A stretch of 59,544 bases of DNA, filler included, from Catajapyx aquilonaris (lineage: Eukaryota): assembly GCA_000934665.2 (NCBI GenBank). It is 3 parts of 3 records of this genome, joined end to end, with 100 filler letters (N's around TTAATTAATTAA, not from the genome) between each part and the next. Parts side by side here need not be neighbours in the genome. Positions count along the whole stretch, not along the records: positions 1 to 31,219 come from JYFJ02007897.1; 2 more parts are not named here. One strand, given 5' to 3'. The position numbers and the translations under genes are program-made. Shown one piece after another: positions 1-12,551 of the stretch (within the stretch, counting starts at the first letter, position 1; each line of letters opens with the position of its first letter). The notes beneath the pieces are model-generated. The model worked only from the letters and a program-made list of their open reading frames with translations. It had not been told where the DNA came from and did not search any database.

Positions 1-299
1 GACCGGTGTGGGTACTATGTTGAGAAATAAAATTGTTTCTTTGTCATGTCTCGCGTATGTCTACTTGAAACCACGAACTTATATAACACCCCTCGTACTC
101 GTATGAGATTCTTAATTTTGACTGACTCTTCCCTTCTACCTAAGTTCAGCGCTGTCTGGTAGGGTCGCCACATGTATTTACAGATCATTACAGATGTGAA
201 AGGCACTCTCAAGTGAGCACCTCCCGCAAAACGCCCTGTCAGGCGATAAGGGGGAGTGACCAGACCTTAGTATTCTAAGACCATGCAATTGTCAGTTGT

Positions 300-502
300 G
301 AAAATAGCAACTGCGCACAAAAACTTCCGGCTGGTTTTTGACCCATATTAAATAGAGTTTAAAATGCAGATTTGAATGGAATGCATTGGATTGAACAGGA
401 TTTACTGTGGCATCCGGTGCATATGTTTTCCTGATTTTAACTATTCTTTTAACTTGCTTATTCTAGACTCTCAGTTGATCAGATAGTAGGTTCATTTCAA
501 CC
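300..502. mobile_element. One end of a Kolobok-like TTAA element (same family as 38205-42150); left limit uncertain
   Basis: Aligns by eye with 39170-39369 and ends TTCATTTCAACC|TTAA. Confidence 0.7.
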
Positions 503-602
503 TTAAAGGGATTTTCATTTACAAGATTATTCAATTGAGAAATAATACAGAAAAACCTTTCTGCCATCCCAAGAAAAATGAGCCATGCCTACAAGACCAT
601 AA

Positions 603-1130
603 AGGGGTGTTCACACTAGCTGATGGTAGCATACGAAAAGAACGAACCGAAAGAGTGAACCAATCAGAGCCCACTTGAGGATGACGAAAAGTGAAAGGGA
701 TTACTAAACGGAAAATACGAATGGAATCAACTTCTGACGGACACGGAATACGGAGGCTTACGGACCTATCCACCAATGGAAGAGCCAGGAAAGCGGCAGG
801 GGTGTGGCGAGCGAAAGTGAAAGGGAATGTGGGGGCAGCGCCTCTGGCGGGGTCAGGACGAAGGACCTTAGTCGCGACGCGGGAGCCGGGGGAAGCAGGC
901 CTGGGGAGACAGGAGAAGAGAAGGGTACCGGTCCGAAGGGAGGGAGAGCCCCAGGGAGAGTCCTGCCAGAGAGTTCAAGCACAGCGCATGCGCTGCGGGA
1001 TACGGAGGCTAAAGCCACGCCACTCGCTTTTGTGTCTGAACACCTTTGTGTCTGAAACCCTCTTTCCGTTCATTCCGTCATACCGTTCCGTTCGTTTCGT
1101 ATGCTACCGTCAGCTAGTGTGAACCCGCCT
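603..1130. mobile_element. PIF/Harbinger-type MITE
   Basis: TIR AGG.G.GTTCACACTAGCTGA.GGTAGCATACGAAA at both ends, TAA TSD. Confidence 0.8.
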
Positions 1131-1258
1131 TAAGAATGAAGGTCATGTGCAAGACTTGAAACCATCCCCCTTGGGATGGAAGCTTTGGTGTTCATTCAAA
1201 CAATTACTTGACACTAATTTAGATAAAGTCGGGATCAAAAGGGTTAAAAGTCACTTAC

Positions 1259-1450
1259 ATATTCATCATTGGGCTGTTCTTAGGTGTTGTGAAGGAAGAC
1301 TCTGGTGGTGACAGTGCTGGAGGGGTGGAAGAATTCCGGGGTGGACCAGGAGGTGTACCTCCCCTTGTTGCCCTTCCACCACCTGCTGACCTCCTTGCTG
1401 CCAATTCCTTCCGGATTAACTCCCCCTTCACGCTGGCTACGGTAGATGAT
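1259..1450 (-). CDS. TBC1D1: TBC1D1/TBC1D4 (AS160/pollux-like) Rab-GAP, internal exon; gene continues off the left edge
   Basis: ttctcttcag| acceptor, |gtaagt donor, phase 2 to 2; (R)SSTVASVKGELIRKELAARR...TPKNSPMMN; completes RPRSST across the junction. Confidence 0.8.
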
Positions 1451-1586
1451 CTGAAGAGAAAGAGGAGTCAGTAACAGGGAGGGAGAGAGAAAGTGAGAGC
1501 CTTGTGTGTAACCCATAGAGAAAAAAAAAATGAAACAAAGCATTGCTACTCAACTGTCACATGAACAAAAGTAACATTGTAAGTAC

Positions 1587-1955
1587 CTGGGTCTCCCCAT
1601 GGGACCACCATTTTCAGCATCAACAGAATCAACATATACTCCTGCTGGACCAGCATCCTTGCAGCTCTTTCTCCTCTCCCTAAGCCTTCCAGTGGCTGGT
1701 TCTTTCACAGGAAAAAGATTGGCGTTGACTGGGAGGCTCATCTCTTTAGAAAGAGGGGAAGGCTGAGGAGATGGGCTACCCTTCCGCTTCATAAAGTTAT
1801 CGAAAGATGAGGTCAGGGAGCGCTTGGCTTTGGTGAATATGGTTGGGCCACCTGATTGGCCACCAGAAGTGGAGCCCAGGTACTGGCTCAAAAACTCATG
1901 TCGATTTTCAGCAGTGTCGTGCACATGACGTAGCTGCTTGCTCTCACAGTGGGCC
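1587..1955 (-). CDS. TBC1D1: TBC1D1/4-like internal exon
   Basis: ttttctag| acceptor, |gtactt donor, phase 2 to 2; AHCESKQLRHVH...KAKRSLTSSFDN matches the post-PTB region of TBC1D1/4 (KAKRSLT motif). Confidence 0.88.
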
Positions 1956-2052
1956 CTAGAAAATAATAAAATTTGTATACAAGATCATTCCAAAACAACT
2001 TGTCATCCATGGTTTAAAGAGATGATCATCACTTCTTCAACAAATTCCCTTG

Positions 2053-2118
2053 CTCTCTCTCTCTCTCTCNCTCTCCCTCTCTCTCTCCCTCTCTCTCCCT
2101 CTCTCTCCCTCTCTCTCT
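2053..2118. repeat. (CT)n microsatellite
   Basis: Read directly. Confidence 0.95.
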
Positions 2119-3654
2119 ACCTCCTCCTTACAGATTTCTAAGATAAAATTGCTCTAATCATGGTAGCCTAGAAGTCTGAGCAGTAAGATATTTCACTTTA
2201 CAAGTTCAATCACTGAATCTACATTCAACTCCTTGTTGGGGGACCCTGCCCCAGTGGTGGATCCGTTAAGGAAAAAAAATTCACGTCGGACACTCTATAC
2301 AGGGGAATTAGTGTTAAGACATCCTCAAGAAAAATATCATTCGAATCGTCGAAACTCGCTCTTTCATCCAGTGCATATTCTCGCCACATTTAACAGGTTA
2401 GTTTTGCGTAAAAAAATTTTGTATTGAAGTTGGCACATGCCCCAGTTCTGGTTCACCAAAATGATGACTGCCCCAGTTGTGGCACCCACTCACGCCCCAG
2501 TTCTGGGACACCCTCCATATACAATATTTACTGGGCTTGTGTGAAGATCATTAGGGAAGGGTAACTTTTACCTGGTTTTACCACAGTCGTGATTCCCAAC
2601 CTTTTTTCATCGTGACCATATTCACCACCTTTCCTTAACTTGCCCCCCCCCCCCCACCCCAACCCAGAGCATAATGCAATATATTTAGAAGCGTGAATTG
2701 ATTGTGAACTTGGGGTTATACGCTTATACCTTCAAGTCAATGACTGAGAATTGCTGTACCACTCAAGTCAAAGTTTCAGAAAATGTCATTAGCAATGACA
2801 GTTGCTTGATTTCCATAATGGAGCTAAAACTGCCTAAATAAATCCGAGTAACTTGACCTTGCATATTCAGAAGGAATCTAAGCCAAAGAGGGAATGCATA
2901 TGGTTTCCACAACTTCCTATTTGAGTAGCTTGTTATACAAGCGTTTTAATTATAGCTGTTACTTGTGTGTAGTGTTTAGAGCTATGATCGATGTGCCCAA
3001 TTATTCCCATTATATCACCGCCGTGGTGGCGCTGATAATGGGGGCAGCTGTGAACAAAATGTCGGACCACCTCTCTCTCGGTGGTATCACAGGCCAGCCC
3101 CCGAACACTCCGACCCCATTCGTATGTCACAGACAGGTGGTCCTTTGTTCACAGCTGCCCCCGTTATCAGCGTCACCACGGCAAGAAGTGTCAACCTGCG
3201 CCCGCTAACCGCGCCATCGTGGAAGAAGTGTAACGCTGCGCTTGCTAGCAGTGTCACAGTAGCACAGTGTCACCCAGATAAATTCTTATGAATTCCTGCA
3301 CATTTTGAATCATATATCACTTCCGTAGGTGTACTCGTTAGAAAGTTATTCGGAAATAAAATTAGGTACTGACTTTTGAAACACCCTGTATGTATAAGAC
3401 ATGAGAAATATTTTGGAATACTCAAAGTTCACATATCCTCCACGAGACGGCAACACGAGCTAGATGATAACACACTTGCCATATGTTCTGGCACTTCCTC
3501 TTGCGGAAAAACCTGACAACCGACCATATTTTTATACCTTTTGCATTCTTCCATTTAATACATCATGCAACAAAGGTTTCTGGACCAGTCAATATTATAA
3601 AAGGGAAATCCTCAGCTTTTTAAAGTTACCCTCATCTTTTATGTTGATATTGTA

Positions 3655-4385
3655 CAGGGTGGGCAAAAAGTCCCAGGACACCTGGCTTTTTTTGCCTGCA
3701 AAACAAATCTGTGCAAGGAAAATGTGTCGGGGATGCTGGTGTGACATCTGGGGACCCCCAACAACACCCACAGTAAGTTAACAGTGTTAACAGTGCAAGC
3801 TGGCGGATACGAGCGGGTTCACTCTGGAGGAGAGACTTGTGGCTGCTGTGTGGGTCCACGAGAGGCCTCATACTGTACGGGAAAGAACATAACGCACATC
3901 CTGCAGGATATCAGGGCTCGTTTTGGTAAGGCGCCACGGAGCAGAAGTAACTTGTTCAAGTGGGAGAAAAAAGCATTCAGCACGGGAAGTGTGAAAGACG
4001 GGAAGTGTGAAAGACACTTCCCTTGCTGAATGCTTTTTTCTCCCACTTGAACAAGTTACTTCTGCTCCGTGGCGTCTTACCAAAACGAGCCCTGAAATCC
4101 TGCATGGTGTGCGTTATGTTCTTTCCCGTATGAGGCCACTCGTGGACCCACACAGCAGCCACAAGTCTCTCCTCCAGAGTGAACCCGCTCGTATCCGCCA
4201 TCTTGCACTGTAACACTGTTAACTTACTGTGGGTGTTGTTGGGGGTCCACAGATGTCTCCCCTCATCAAACAGTTCCGTCAATGTCCAGACGATGTCACA
4301 TCAGCATCCCCGACACATTTTCCATGCACAGATTTGTTTTGCAGGCAAAAAAAGCCAGGTGTCCTGGGACTTTTCGCCCACCCTG
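3655..4385. mobile_element. Tc1/mariner foldback made of two inverted 5' ends (DUF4817-type HTH remnant)
   Basis: TA|CAGGGTG...CACCCTG|TA, near-complete palindrome; both arms encode GFTLEERLVAAVWVHE...FRARFGK...WEKKAFS.GSV. Confidence 0.9.
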
Positions 4386-5457
4386 TACTACTCCGATCAT
4401 ATCCAGAACATGCTCACTGACTCTGCTTTTGTGCTCACATGAATGAGAGGTGTGCAATGCAAGTGTTGTCTGTCAATAAGATTCCTTGCAAGTGCTTTGT
4501 CATCAATGCCTGATAATTGTGGGCCAGGTGTAAGACAGTGTCAGTAAGCAAGCCAGGCCAAAAAATAATGACCAATTAACCCCTTGGGACCTAGCTATAC
4601 CTGCCATCGCCTAGTTTTCAACTTACCAGTACTCTGAAGATACAGACAAGATATTTTACACAAAATAACAGCTCTACTTACCCGATCAGGGAAAACACTA
4701 TGAATTGTCTGGAACAATTTTCCTAATCTAGAAGTCCCTAAATTAATTTCTAAAAATATCGCTGTAAAACTCGAAATTCGAGTACTTCCGGCCAACTTGC
4801 ACGTCACCGTCGTAGGGTTAACCATTTGGACTTAGGCTGTTTTGCAAAAAATCGCCTTACTTCATAGCAGTATTGACACAATAAGCATTATATCATGTGG
4901 ATTTTGCTATGGAATAATGACTAACTAACATTTCCCATCAATATGAAGAGTGGACATGATAAGGGTCTAAGTGCCAAAAATAACATTTTTGAGATTATGC
5001 ACTAAAAGAGCTCTATGGGCCAAGGCCAATACTAATACGAAACCTCCAAATGTGCCAGATGGCTCATTTGATAGCAGGAATTCCCCAGAGATAGCCTCCT
5101 CAGACCCGAAAGAGTTCTATTCAACATACATGCTCCAGATTGTGTGTCTAGGTGTAATTTCGCACCGTGAACAAAAAACCATCCTACACATTTTTCAAAG
5201 TTCTGCACCATTGTTGAGTTAGAGGACTGTATTGCACGCAATACATTGGGTCTTAGACCTTCTGACATAAATGTGGTATTGCTGGCAATACAAAACAACT
5301 TTCATATCTCAACACCTCTTATTCTATGTGGTAAAGTGCGAAACAGTTGCAGAATTTTTGACAAAGAAAAAACGTTGAATTGGGTACACTTTGTATGCAA
5401 GTCAAAATTTGCAGCTTTTTTTCTTGCATACATGTACGTATGTACATACATAATCGG

Positions 5458-5790
5458 GGGGCATGGTGGCCTAGTGGCTATGCTACTGGCCAGCCAAGCG
5501 GGAGGTCCGGGGTTCAAATCCCGTCACCTCTGCTTGGTCGGGTCTTTTTCCACTTTTCACCCGACATGTCCAGGCAGACTCCCTACTCCGCCCAGGGCTA
5601 GGAGGAAAGGTCTGGTGGCTATGAGGGTCTGCAATGACTAGAAACTACTTGAGCGCCCTCCCTTGGGAACTTCTCCTTCCCCATACGCCTGTGGACCAGG
5701 GCGTTGCGATGAAAACATAAGTGTGTATGTAAAAAATTGCAAAATAAATGTGCAATACCGAGAAGGTCAGCACTACCCAATATTATTATT
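5458..5790 (+). mobile_element. tRNA-derived SINE, family A
   Basis: A box TGGCCTAGTGG, B box GGTTCAAATCC, (TAT)n tail; second copy at 50813-51158. Confidence 0.85.
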
Positions 5791-6855
5791 ATGTACAAAC
5801 ATAATTATGTAATTATTTTTGTTATTATTATAATTTCTGTTGTTGATAGAAATGTGAACAAAGTAAATATTCAATTAAAAATTAAAGTTAAAAAATGTCA
5901 ATATGTCTCACTAACATACTTTTTCCAGGAAAAAAATAAAAATTGATGGTAAGTTTTATTATTTTGATTAGACCTTAGTTAAATCAGCATGCACTATCAT
6001 ACAAGAAAACCTGTAAATAGCTCATTTTTACAGTATCTACGACCATAAATATTGTATTTTGGGGTATATTCTTTGAACCTTTTCCCCTAGTTAACCCTTA
6101 CAATCATGAACACATTAATTTTGTGGCCTGTAATGGGCATCCATAAAAACCACACAAATACCCATATTCACATGATGATGATAATGTTAGTGTGAGATTC
6201 TGGCACTTACACCCTTAATGAGGAAATGCCCCATGGCAAATACAACTTTTTTGTTTCATCACATTTGGCCTCAAATTTTTATTATAAAGCAGTGGTATAT
6301 GTTCACTACTATTGCATCTGGCCAAGTGCCTTGATTGTATGTTGCACCTGCCAAGTCATCATCACCAAGAAGGTAGAATTACGGATAGGACACACAAAAA
6401 TCGATTATTCTCAGCTTCAAAAATGTGGCACTTAAGAGTCTTAGACCCTTTATCATTTCCCCTCTTCAATTTAATTATCAAACTTACAATACAAGGTGTC
6501 CCACAAGTCTGGACCCATAGGTAATTGAATTGCATTGTTGGTTTCCAGTTCTGTGAATTGAAAATGCTAACTGTGCCAAGTCAACATTAACTTACTGTCA
6601 TCAAACTGATAGTTGCCTGAATGCCCCCTCAAGAACCCTCTGGGTCATAATGGGATAAGTAATAAATGAAATTAAATAAAATGAAATAAAAACCACTAGT
6701 TGGCACAACTAGAAACCAACCATGCTATCCAATTAGCTATGTTCCACACTCGTGACACCCTGCATTTAACTCAGCCATCATCTGATTCACTGTCACAATG
6801 TTCAGAAACAGAGGTAATCCCCTTATAAAATATTTTGCATCTTTTCCGGCATGGA

Positions 6856-7305
6856 TTGGGTTCAGTGGGGCTTAACGTCGGCCTATTTCTGCCTCTAAAG
6901 GCTCAACACTGACGCCAGGGGGTGGTACAGTGCTGGCCAATAATCGAGGCAACCGCCAGCGACATTTTTCCGAAGAGGCAGAAGAAGGAATCTGGCTCGC
7001 CCAGCTTGTAGCATGCTTATCTTCGATTCCTTCTTCTGCCGCTTTGGAAAAATGTGGCTGGCAGTTGCCTCGATTATTGGCCAGCACTGTACTCCTCCTG
7101 GAAATTTGGCCACTCTGGGGATCTTTAACGTGCACTCGCGCAATGTCACAAGCACCCGGGACCGACGGCTTTACTTCCCCTCTGAAGGAAGGCGCACTCT
7201 CACTTTTCTACCACCCGGAGAAAAGTCACCGACTTTGGCCGGGTTCGAACCCACAACCTTGGGACCAGAGGCGAGCGCGCTAACCACTAGTCCACCAAGG
7301 CCGGC
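6856..7305 (-). mobile_element. tRNA-derived SINE with Nin/Deu-like central domain, interrupted by a MITE
   Basis: A/B boxes (GGTTCGAACCC); GGGAAGTAAAGCCGTCGGTCCC and GCACGTTAAAGA.CCC motifs; flanking CCGGCATGGA direct repeat. Confidence 0.8.
6928..7089. mobile_element. Tc1-type hairpin MITE
   Basis: TA|CAGTGCTGGCCAATAATCGAGGC TIR, TA TSD; relative at 19247-19405. Confidence 0.88.
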
Positions 7306-7820
7306 ATGGAGGCAGCCATTTTGTCACGTGACCTGATCTCTGCTCCCGACGAGTTCTGAAGGACCTAGGCTGTTTTGCAAAATAACTCCTGCATGACTTA
7401 AGCGCTTTTTCCGCTAATCGTCTTTTCCAAGGTGAAAAACTATGAGACTTATGAGATTTTTTGTGTGATTTTTACACCAACTTGTAAAGAGCCTCCTCAT
7501 TGACTACATGGTGTTGCTATGTAAAATTTCACGAAAATGGACTTGGCCTGTTTTGCAAACGAGCTCTTCAATTGGCGCCTGGTTATATTCAACACAGTAT
7601 TAAAATGACAGAAAAAATTAGAGGCAAGAATATTTTATGAATACTGTTTAGTTACAATGAGGACCTCACAGAGTCACATTGTATTTCTCATAGACCTGTC
7701 ATAATGTGTCTTTCAATTTTCAGCTGGATGTCAGATTTTGCAAACAAGGCTCATTTTCTTTCTACACATTCTGACATCACTACCTAGAATGTAATAATTT
7801 AAAACACTAGACATAGTCAC

Positions 7821-8132
7821 CTGAGCAACATGACAAGGAGCTGATTCCTCTCATGCACAGTTGGTGCTTCCTCAGCACCCCTGTACTTTTCAAGCAGTGC
7901 ACATTCTTCTTCACCGGGAAGCCCCTCCATCCTCCTAAGAATTAGCAAGTGTGCCTTGAGAGGATCAGATCCAAGAGCCTCCAAATCAGCACAAAGTTTA
8001 TGGAACCAAACCATTGGACACTGGTCACAGGTGGCAAGAGCCTGTCTCTCCTTACGGTGTACCTCTGCTGCTGACTGAAAGGCAGCTCGCAAGCAGCCAA
8101 GGACCTCGTCACACACTGATTCAGATTCACAT
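7821..8132 (-). CDS. TBC1D1: TBC1D1/4-like internal exon (end of PTB domain plus helical region)
   Basis: tag| acceptor, |gtgact donor; CESESVCDEVLGCLRAAF...CDQCPMVWFHKLC...ERNQLLVMLLR resembles the TBC1D1 CxxCPxxxxHKLC segment. Confidence 0.9.
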
Positions 8133-8197
8133 CTACGGATATAATATTATTACGGTATTCAGACACTGAAACTTACTTGTTAAGCCTACAAACTAAC

Positions 8198-8415
8198 TTG
8201 AAAACATAGCCAACATATCCTGTTGGTTCTACACCTCCTCCCCCTCCTTCCCGACAGATGAATCCAAAATGGTCTGGGTTCAACACTCCTGGAGAGCACT
8301 GCGAGACATCTGGAAACCTCTTGTGCAGGAGAACTGACTTTCGATCCGGTGATACCAGATGAATATCACATTTACCAACTAAGAGGAGCATAGTGCGGTT
8401 GTGCTCATCAGAAGT
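8198..8415 (-). CDS. TBC1D1: TBC1D1/4-like internal exon (PTB core)
   Basis: catttcag| acceptor, |gttagt donor; NRTMLLLVG...SPDRKSVLL...DHFGFICRE...YVF is the characteristic TBC1D1/AS160 PTB signature. Confidence 0.92.
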
Positions 8416-9550
8416 CTGAAATGGAGGAAGGGATAGTTAAAAACTCACTGGCCACCAGAGAAACTGAGTTAGGCACATTGGTGTATTAGTGCACACATTG
8501 GATGATGAGCATCAAAATAATGTCCCAATGTGCATTTATGTGACTATTGCCTAACCCCTCATTAGAAACTGCTCAAATGAAAACATGAAAAGTGGCCATT
8601 GCTGCTGTCCCAAGGAGCAATCCCCTATCTCCACAATTGGTAAGGATGGAGGTCACTTGCATGCCCTGCACATGACTTTCATCTGTATTGGTTTTGGAAA
8701 CAGGCCGTTCTCCTTGGGACGGCACATTGGCACTGCTCATTATTTTGGTCCCATTACAAAATGGGCAGCACCTCTTAAAACTGTTTGCATTCGATGCAAA
8801 ACTTCCTCATACTTTGGATTCATGGCAATCATAGATTCACATTCTTGAAGCAACAAATGTATCTATCACACAGAACAACTCCACTTTGGAAGTTAAATAA
8901 GCCGTATCAACTTTGGATTATCACCAAAAGCACTAAAAACATTCCCCATGATGCCCAAGTCATGTTGTAAACAACTCTTCCTTGTGTTCTTGTCTTGGCA
9001 ACTCTCCTGATAGCAATTTTCAGACTGGAAATTAGTAAACACTAGTCAGACCACTTGTCACACACAACACCACANNNNNCCCCCGACAGTACATCCTCCG
9101 GCATGTTTTATTGTTTATTCATGTAAATAGAAGAATTACTAAGTAACTATGTTGTTACAAAGTGTTTTTGTTTAGCAGACGGAGGGAATAAGGGGTTAGC
9201 AGACCCTTTTCCAAATTTTGGCAATCCCCCTACCCCCCACCCCACTTGAAGGTAGTACATGGGCTACTACCAGTTGGCACATAGGCTCTCCCTCTGCATA
9301 CTTCTGCCGTGTTTAGGGGGAAAGTAGTACTATACATGCATGTTGGTGATGAGTCATGGTGCGGACAAAGCCCATCCGGGTGCTATGGTCAGCACGTGTC
9401 TTGCCGTCACTGAAGTGGTTCCCACCCTCTCTGACTGCTATATGTAATGTAATTGTTAAAGGGGAATGTGAAAATCTATGGCAACTACTACCTAATGCGA
9501 TGAGTGTTGAGGGACATTTAAGAGGAAAGAAAGGATAAGACTTTTAATTA

Positions 9551-11223
9551 CAGGCTGGCGCCAGTAAATTAGGACACATTTCGCAAGCTAACAGTACAAA
9601 GACAACAATATGTAGATTACTGTAATTGGTATAGCAAGAAGCTGTGTCTCTTTGGTTTACAAAACCGCCATGGTCAACATTGTGAACCACACCATGACCA
9701 GCAATAGGACAAGAGAGCCACTACTTTCGTGACTGTCGGCGCCGAAAGGACCCCCAAGGAGATAGTGGAGTTCCTCAAGCTCCCAAAAGAGCCTGATTTA
9801 CTTGATAAAAAATAACTCTGATGCTGCCGAGAACCAGGAGGAGTTCTTCCCTTACGCAAAATGCACGTACATCGCTGAATCACCAAGAGAGGCAAGGAGT
9901 TTGTCACCGCAGTTGCCGAGAAGATTGAAAAGAAGGAGAGGACTCTGGCACGTCCATATGCATTGTCATACCCACAACAATGGATAAGACCCAACTAGCT
10001 CAGATGGGACGCAGGTTCCGTAGGAAAGATACCTGAATGAGAGTTCAAACCAGATATATTATATCCTTCAGAGTATACAGAACAAGTGCCAAAGAGCGAG
10101 AGGGCTGCCGAGCAGCACCCCTCCTTATACAGGGTGTGTCGGAACTCTACCATAAGCCATGTACCAATGGCATAAGGGGCACCAGAGCATCATTATAATT
10201 ATGTAGAGGGGTCATCATGTCTAGGCAGCCACATCACGTAGATAATTGATCATTTGCGAAGTAGCGATTGCGCTTAAGCGTGATTGTAGAATAGCAGTGC
10301 ATCTGGGGGGAACTGCATTCTAAGAGCCCTTAGTGACTACCCCAATAGCAGTGTGGCAGTAGCCCCCCAGAAAATAGCTGCGACCTTCACCTGTGATGCG
10401 ATTGGCGGCTGAAGGTTTGCATACCTGCCAGGATATTTTATACCTATTGGTTGAGGTCAATTATCTCAGTCATGCGGCGGCCCAGGCCTATGATTCCGAT
10501 ACTGTAAATGATCATCTGCCGACCATTACGCCATTGGCATATGGCTTATGGTAGAGTTCCGATACACCCTGTATAAGGTCCCTTCCCCCCACAATGACGT
10601 CAGAACTGGAAGGGGGGATGAGAGTGGGAGCAAGAGTTGGAGGCAATGGACAAGCGCCTCACAAGGCGGGAAGGGGTTGGAAATACAACATATCAAGAAC
10701 AAGGTTCCTGATAGCGTTCTGGCCAAAGAGAATGGTGTGCACCACAAGATCATCTCCAAGATGGTGAAAGAGGACTTATGATGAAGTCCTATTCTTGAGG
10801 ACTGGCCGCGACTGGCAGTCTCCTGACGGATGCCACGCAGAAGAGACCTAAAGTACCACTGGGGGTCGGACTTATGTCCCTGCAGCTTCCCAAACTGCAA
10901 CCCCCATGTCTACTACATGTATGGTATTGTTGAGAGAGGGGTTGACAATGTCCATTACGATACTAGTAGTGAGTCAAGATCGCCGTTTCCGAAGTGATGG
11001 GGCACATGAAAAAGGATATCCTCACCAAGCCCTGTGAACTCTTCAAGTCTCTCCTAGAGGCTGCTGTGGCCACCAATGGTGGACACATTGAAAAATTTAA
11101 ACTGTAGATATGGTACCGCTACTTATGTTTCACATATTCATTTCATTGTATTTGATCTAGTCCTCTTTTTAACGGTGTTTCTATCTACTTGTTTATTTGT
11201 CCTAATTTATCGGCGCCACCCTG
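9551..11223 (+). mobile_element. Degraded Tc1/mariner (maT/DD37D-like) element with transposase pseudogene
   Basis: TIR CAGG.TGGCGCC...AAATTAGGACA, TA TSD; remnants CPCSFPNCNPHVYYMYGIVER (decayed WPPxSPDxNPxDYxxWGxxER) and LEAAVATNGGHIE. Confidence 0.8.
10130..10571. mobile_element. Tc1/mariner foldback MITE nested in 9551-11223
   Basis: TA|CAGGGTGT.TCGGAACTCTACCATAAGCCAT TIR. Confidence 0.88.
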
Positions 11224-11308
11224 TATATTGATATGCAACTATTTCATATAAAGTTCAATATGCCATCTGAAAAGCCAACATACTGTGTCAAAGACAGCCC
11301 CTACTAAC

Positions 11309-11408
11309 CGAATTGCGTGCTCTTGCAAGGGCTGCTTCCTGAAGGTTGGCTCGCAACTCACAGCCTGTGGAACTTGCCCTCAAGCGCATCGTTTCTGGTG
11401 GAAGAGAT
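11309..11408 (-). CDS. TBC1D1: TBC1D1/4-like small internal exon (not in the ORF track)
   Basis: ttcttgcag| acceptor, |gttagt donor; phase 2 to 0 bridges the flanking exons exactly; SLPPETMRLRASSTGCELRANLQEAALARARNS. Confidence 0.75.
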
Positions 11409-12551
11409 CTGCAAGAATATAATAAATAGATAAGGCCGCAAACAATGACAGAAACTTAACTATAATACAGCAATTGCATAAATTGCCCAACATAAACTTC
11501 AAATTGTAGTGGCATAAAATGATGGGAACGTGTGAAAAAAAAGTTGTGACAAAAAACTAGCAGTACTCTTGCAGTGAACCCAACTGTATGTTAAAGGATT
11601 TCCCCACTTTGACCCCTCGCCCTGGGATTACTGTTCCGCGTAGCGAAAAACGGATTGCACCTTCGGATTCATGATTTTTTGCCAGATTTTTAGAGCCAAA
11701 CTAGTTTTTTGAGTGGAGTGCCCCTTTAAGGGTGTTGCTAGTGTTAAGCCGAGATGTTCATGTGTCAATAGGACCGTGGATGTGGCTGAAGCTAAGGTTG
11801 TTTGTTTGGATAGGTGTAAATGTCGTAGGTTAATTAATGGGTAGAATATTCACGGGTTTGTGAGGAATAGCAGTGTCCATTGAATACTTCCGAATGGCTA
11901 GAGTGTTTGCAGGTTGGTGGGAGGAGTCAGCGTCTGGAAGTTCATACTCTGGCTCTGGGTGCTGTGCAGAACTACAGGGTTGGCAAATATCTCTTGCACA
12001 GTAATGCATAGGTTGACACCGGTAGTCATGCGCGCAAGGGTGTCTGCCTCTCTCTCTGTCCTGCACAGCACTTGGAGTTCAAGTGTGGATTTCCATATGC
12101 TGGTTCTTCTCGCCGGTCTGTGGGTGTTCTGGTCGTTTGGAGGTGAATATTCCAGTCACTTGGAGGAATTTAATAGTTGCTGATTCCTCTTTCAGGGGGA
12201 TTGGGGGGGNGGGGGGGGGGGCAGAGTACCACGTTGTGTAGTGTAATATTTAAATTTAATTTAATATTGAGTGTTTGTCGTCTGAGATGGGCAGTGGTGG
12301 GGGGTGGGACGTGTTGTTTATAGGTTTATTTTTACAAGTTTCAATTTAGTTCATATTTTGGGTTAGCTTGTGGTTCCCGTCATCGCTGACTACCCCTTAT
12401 AGGGAAATGTCGTGATAGTGACGATGATTTTCTGGGGTTGCCAACTAAAAAATTTGGAAAGCACTCCACTAAGTCAACCACCTGAACGGGAATTTATATA
12501 GAGCTGGGGTACGAGTGTCAAGGGGCTGCTAATATATAATAATTTTATATA

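Noticed and set aside
691..1122. 143-aa ORF and other long ORFs in GC-rich repeats (15528-15989, 26768-27367, 58087-58589)
   Set aside because: They lie inside MITEs or retroposons and lack recognisable domains or splice context.
5458..5525. tRNA gene (also the heads near 7230-7305, 49941-50010 and 51085-51158)
   Set aside because: A/B boxes run into shared SINE bodies, tails and TSDs; no complete cloverleaf.
11730..12400. Possible degraded LINE fragment
   Set aside because: Composition is suggestive but I could not recover diagnostic motifs.
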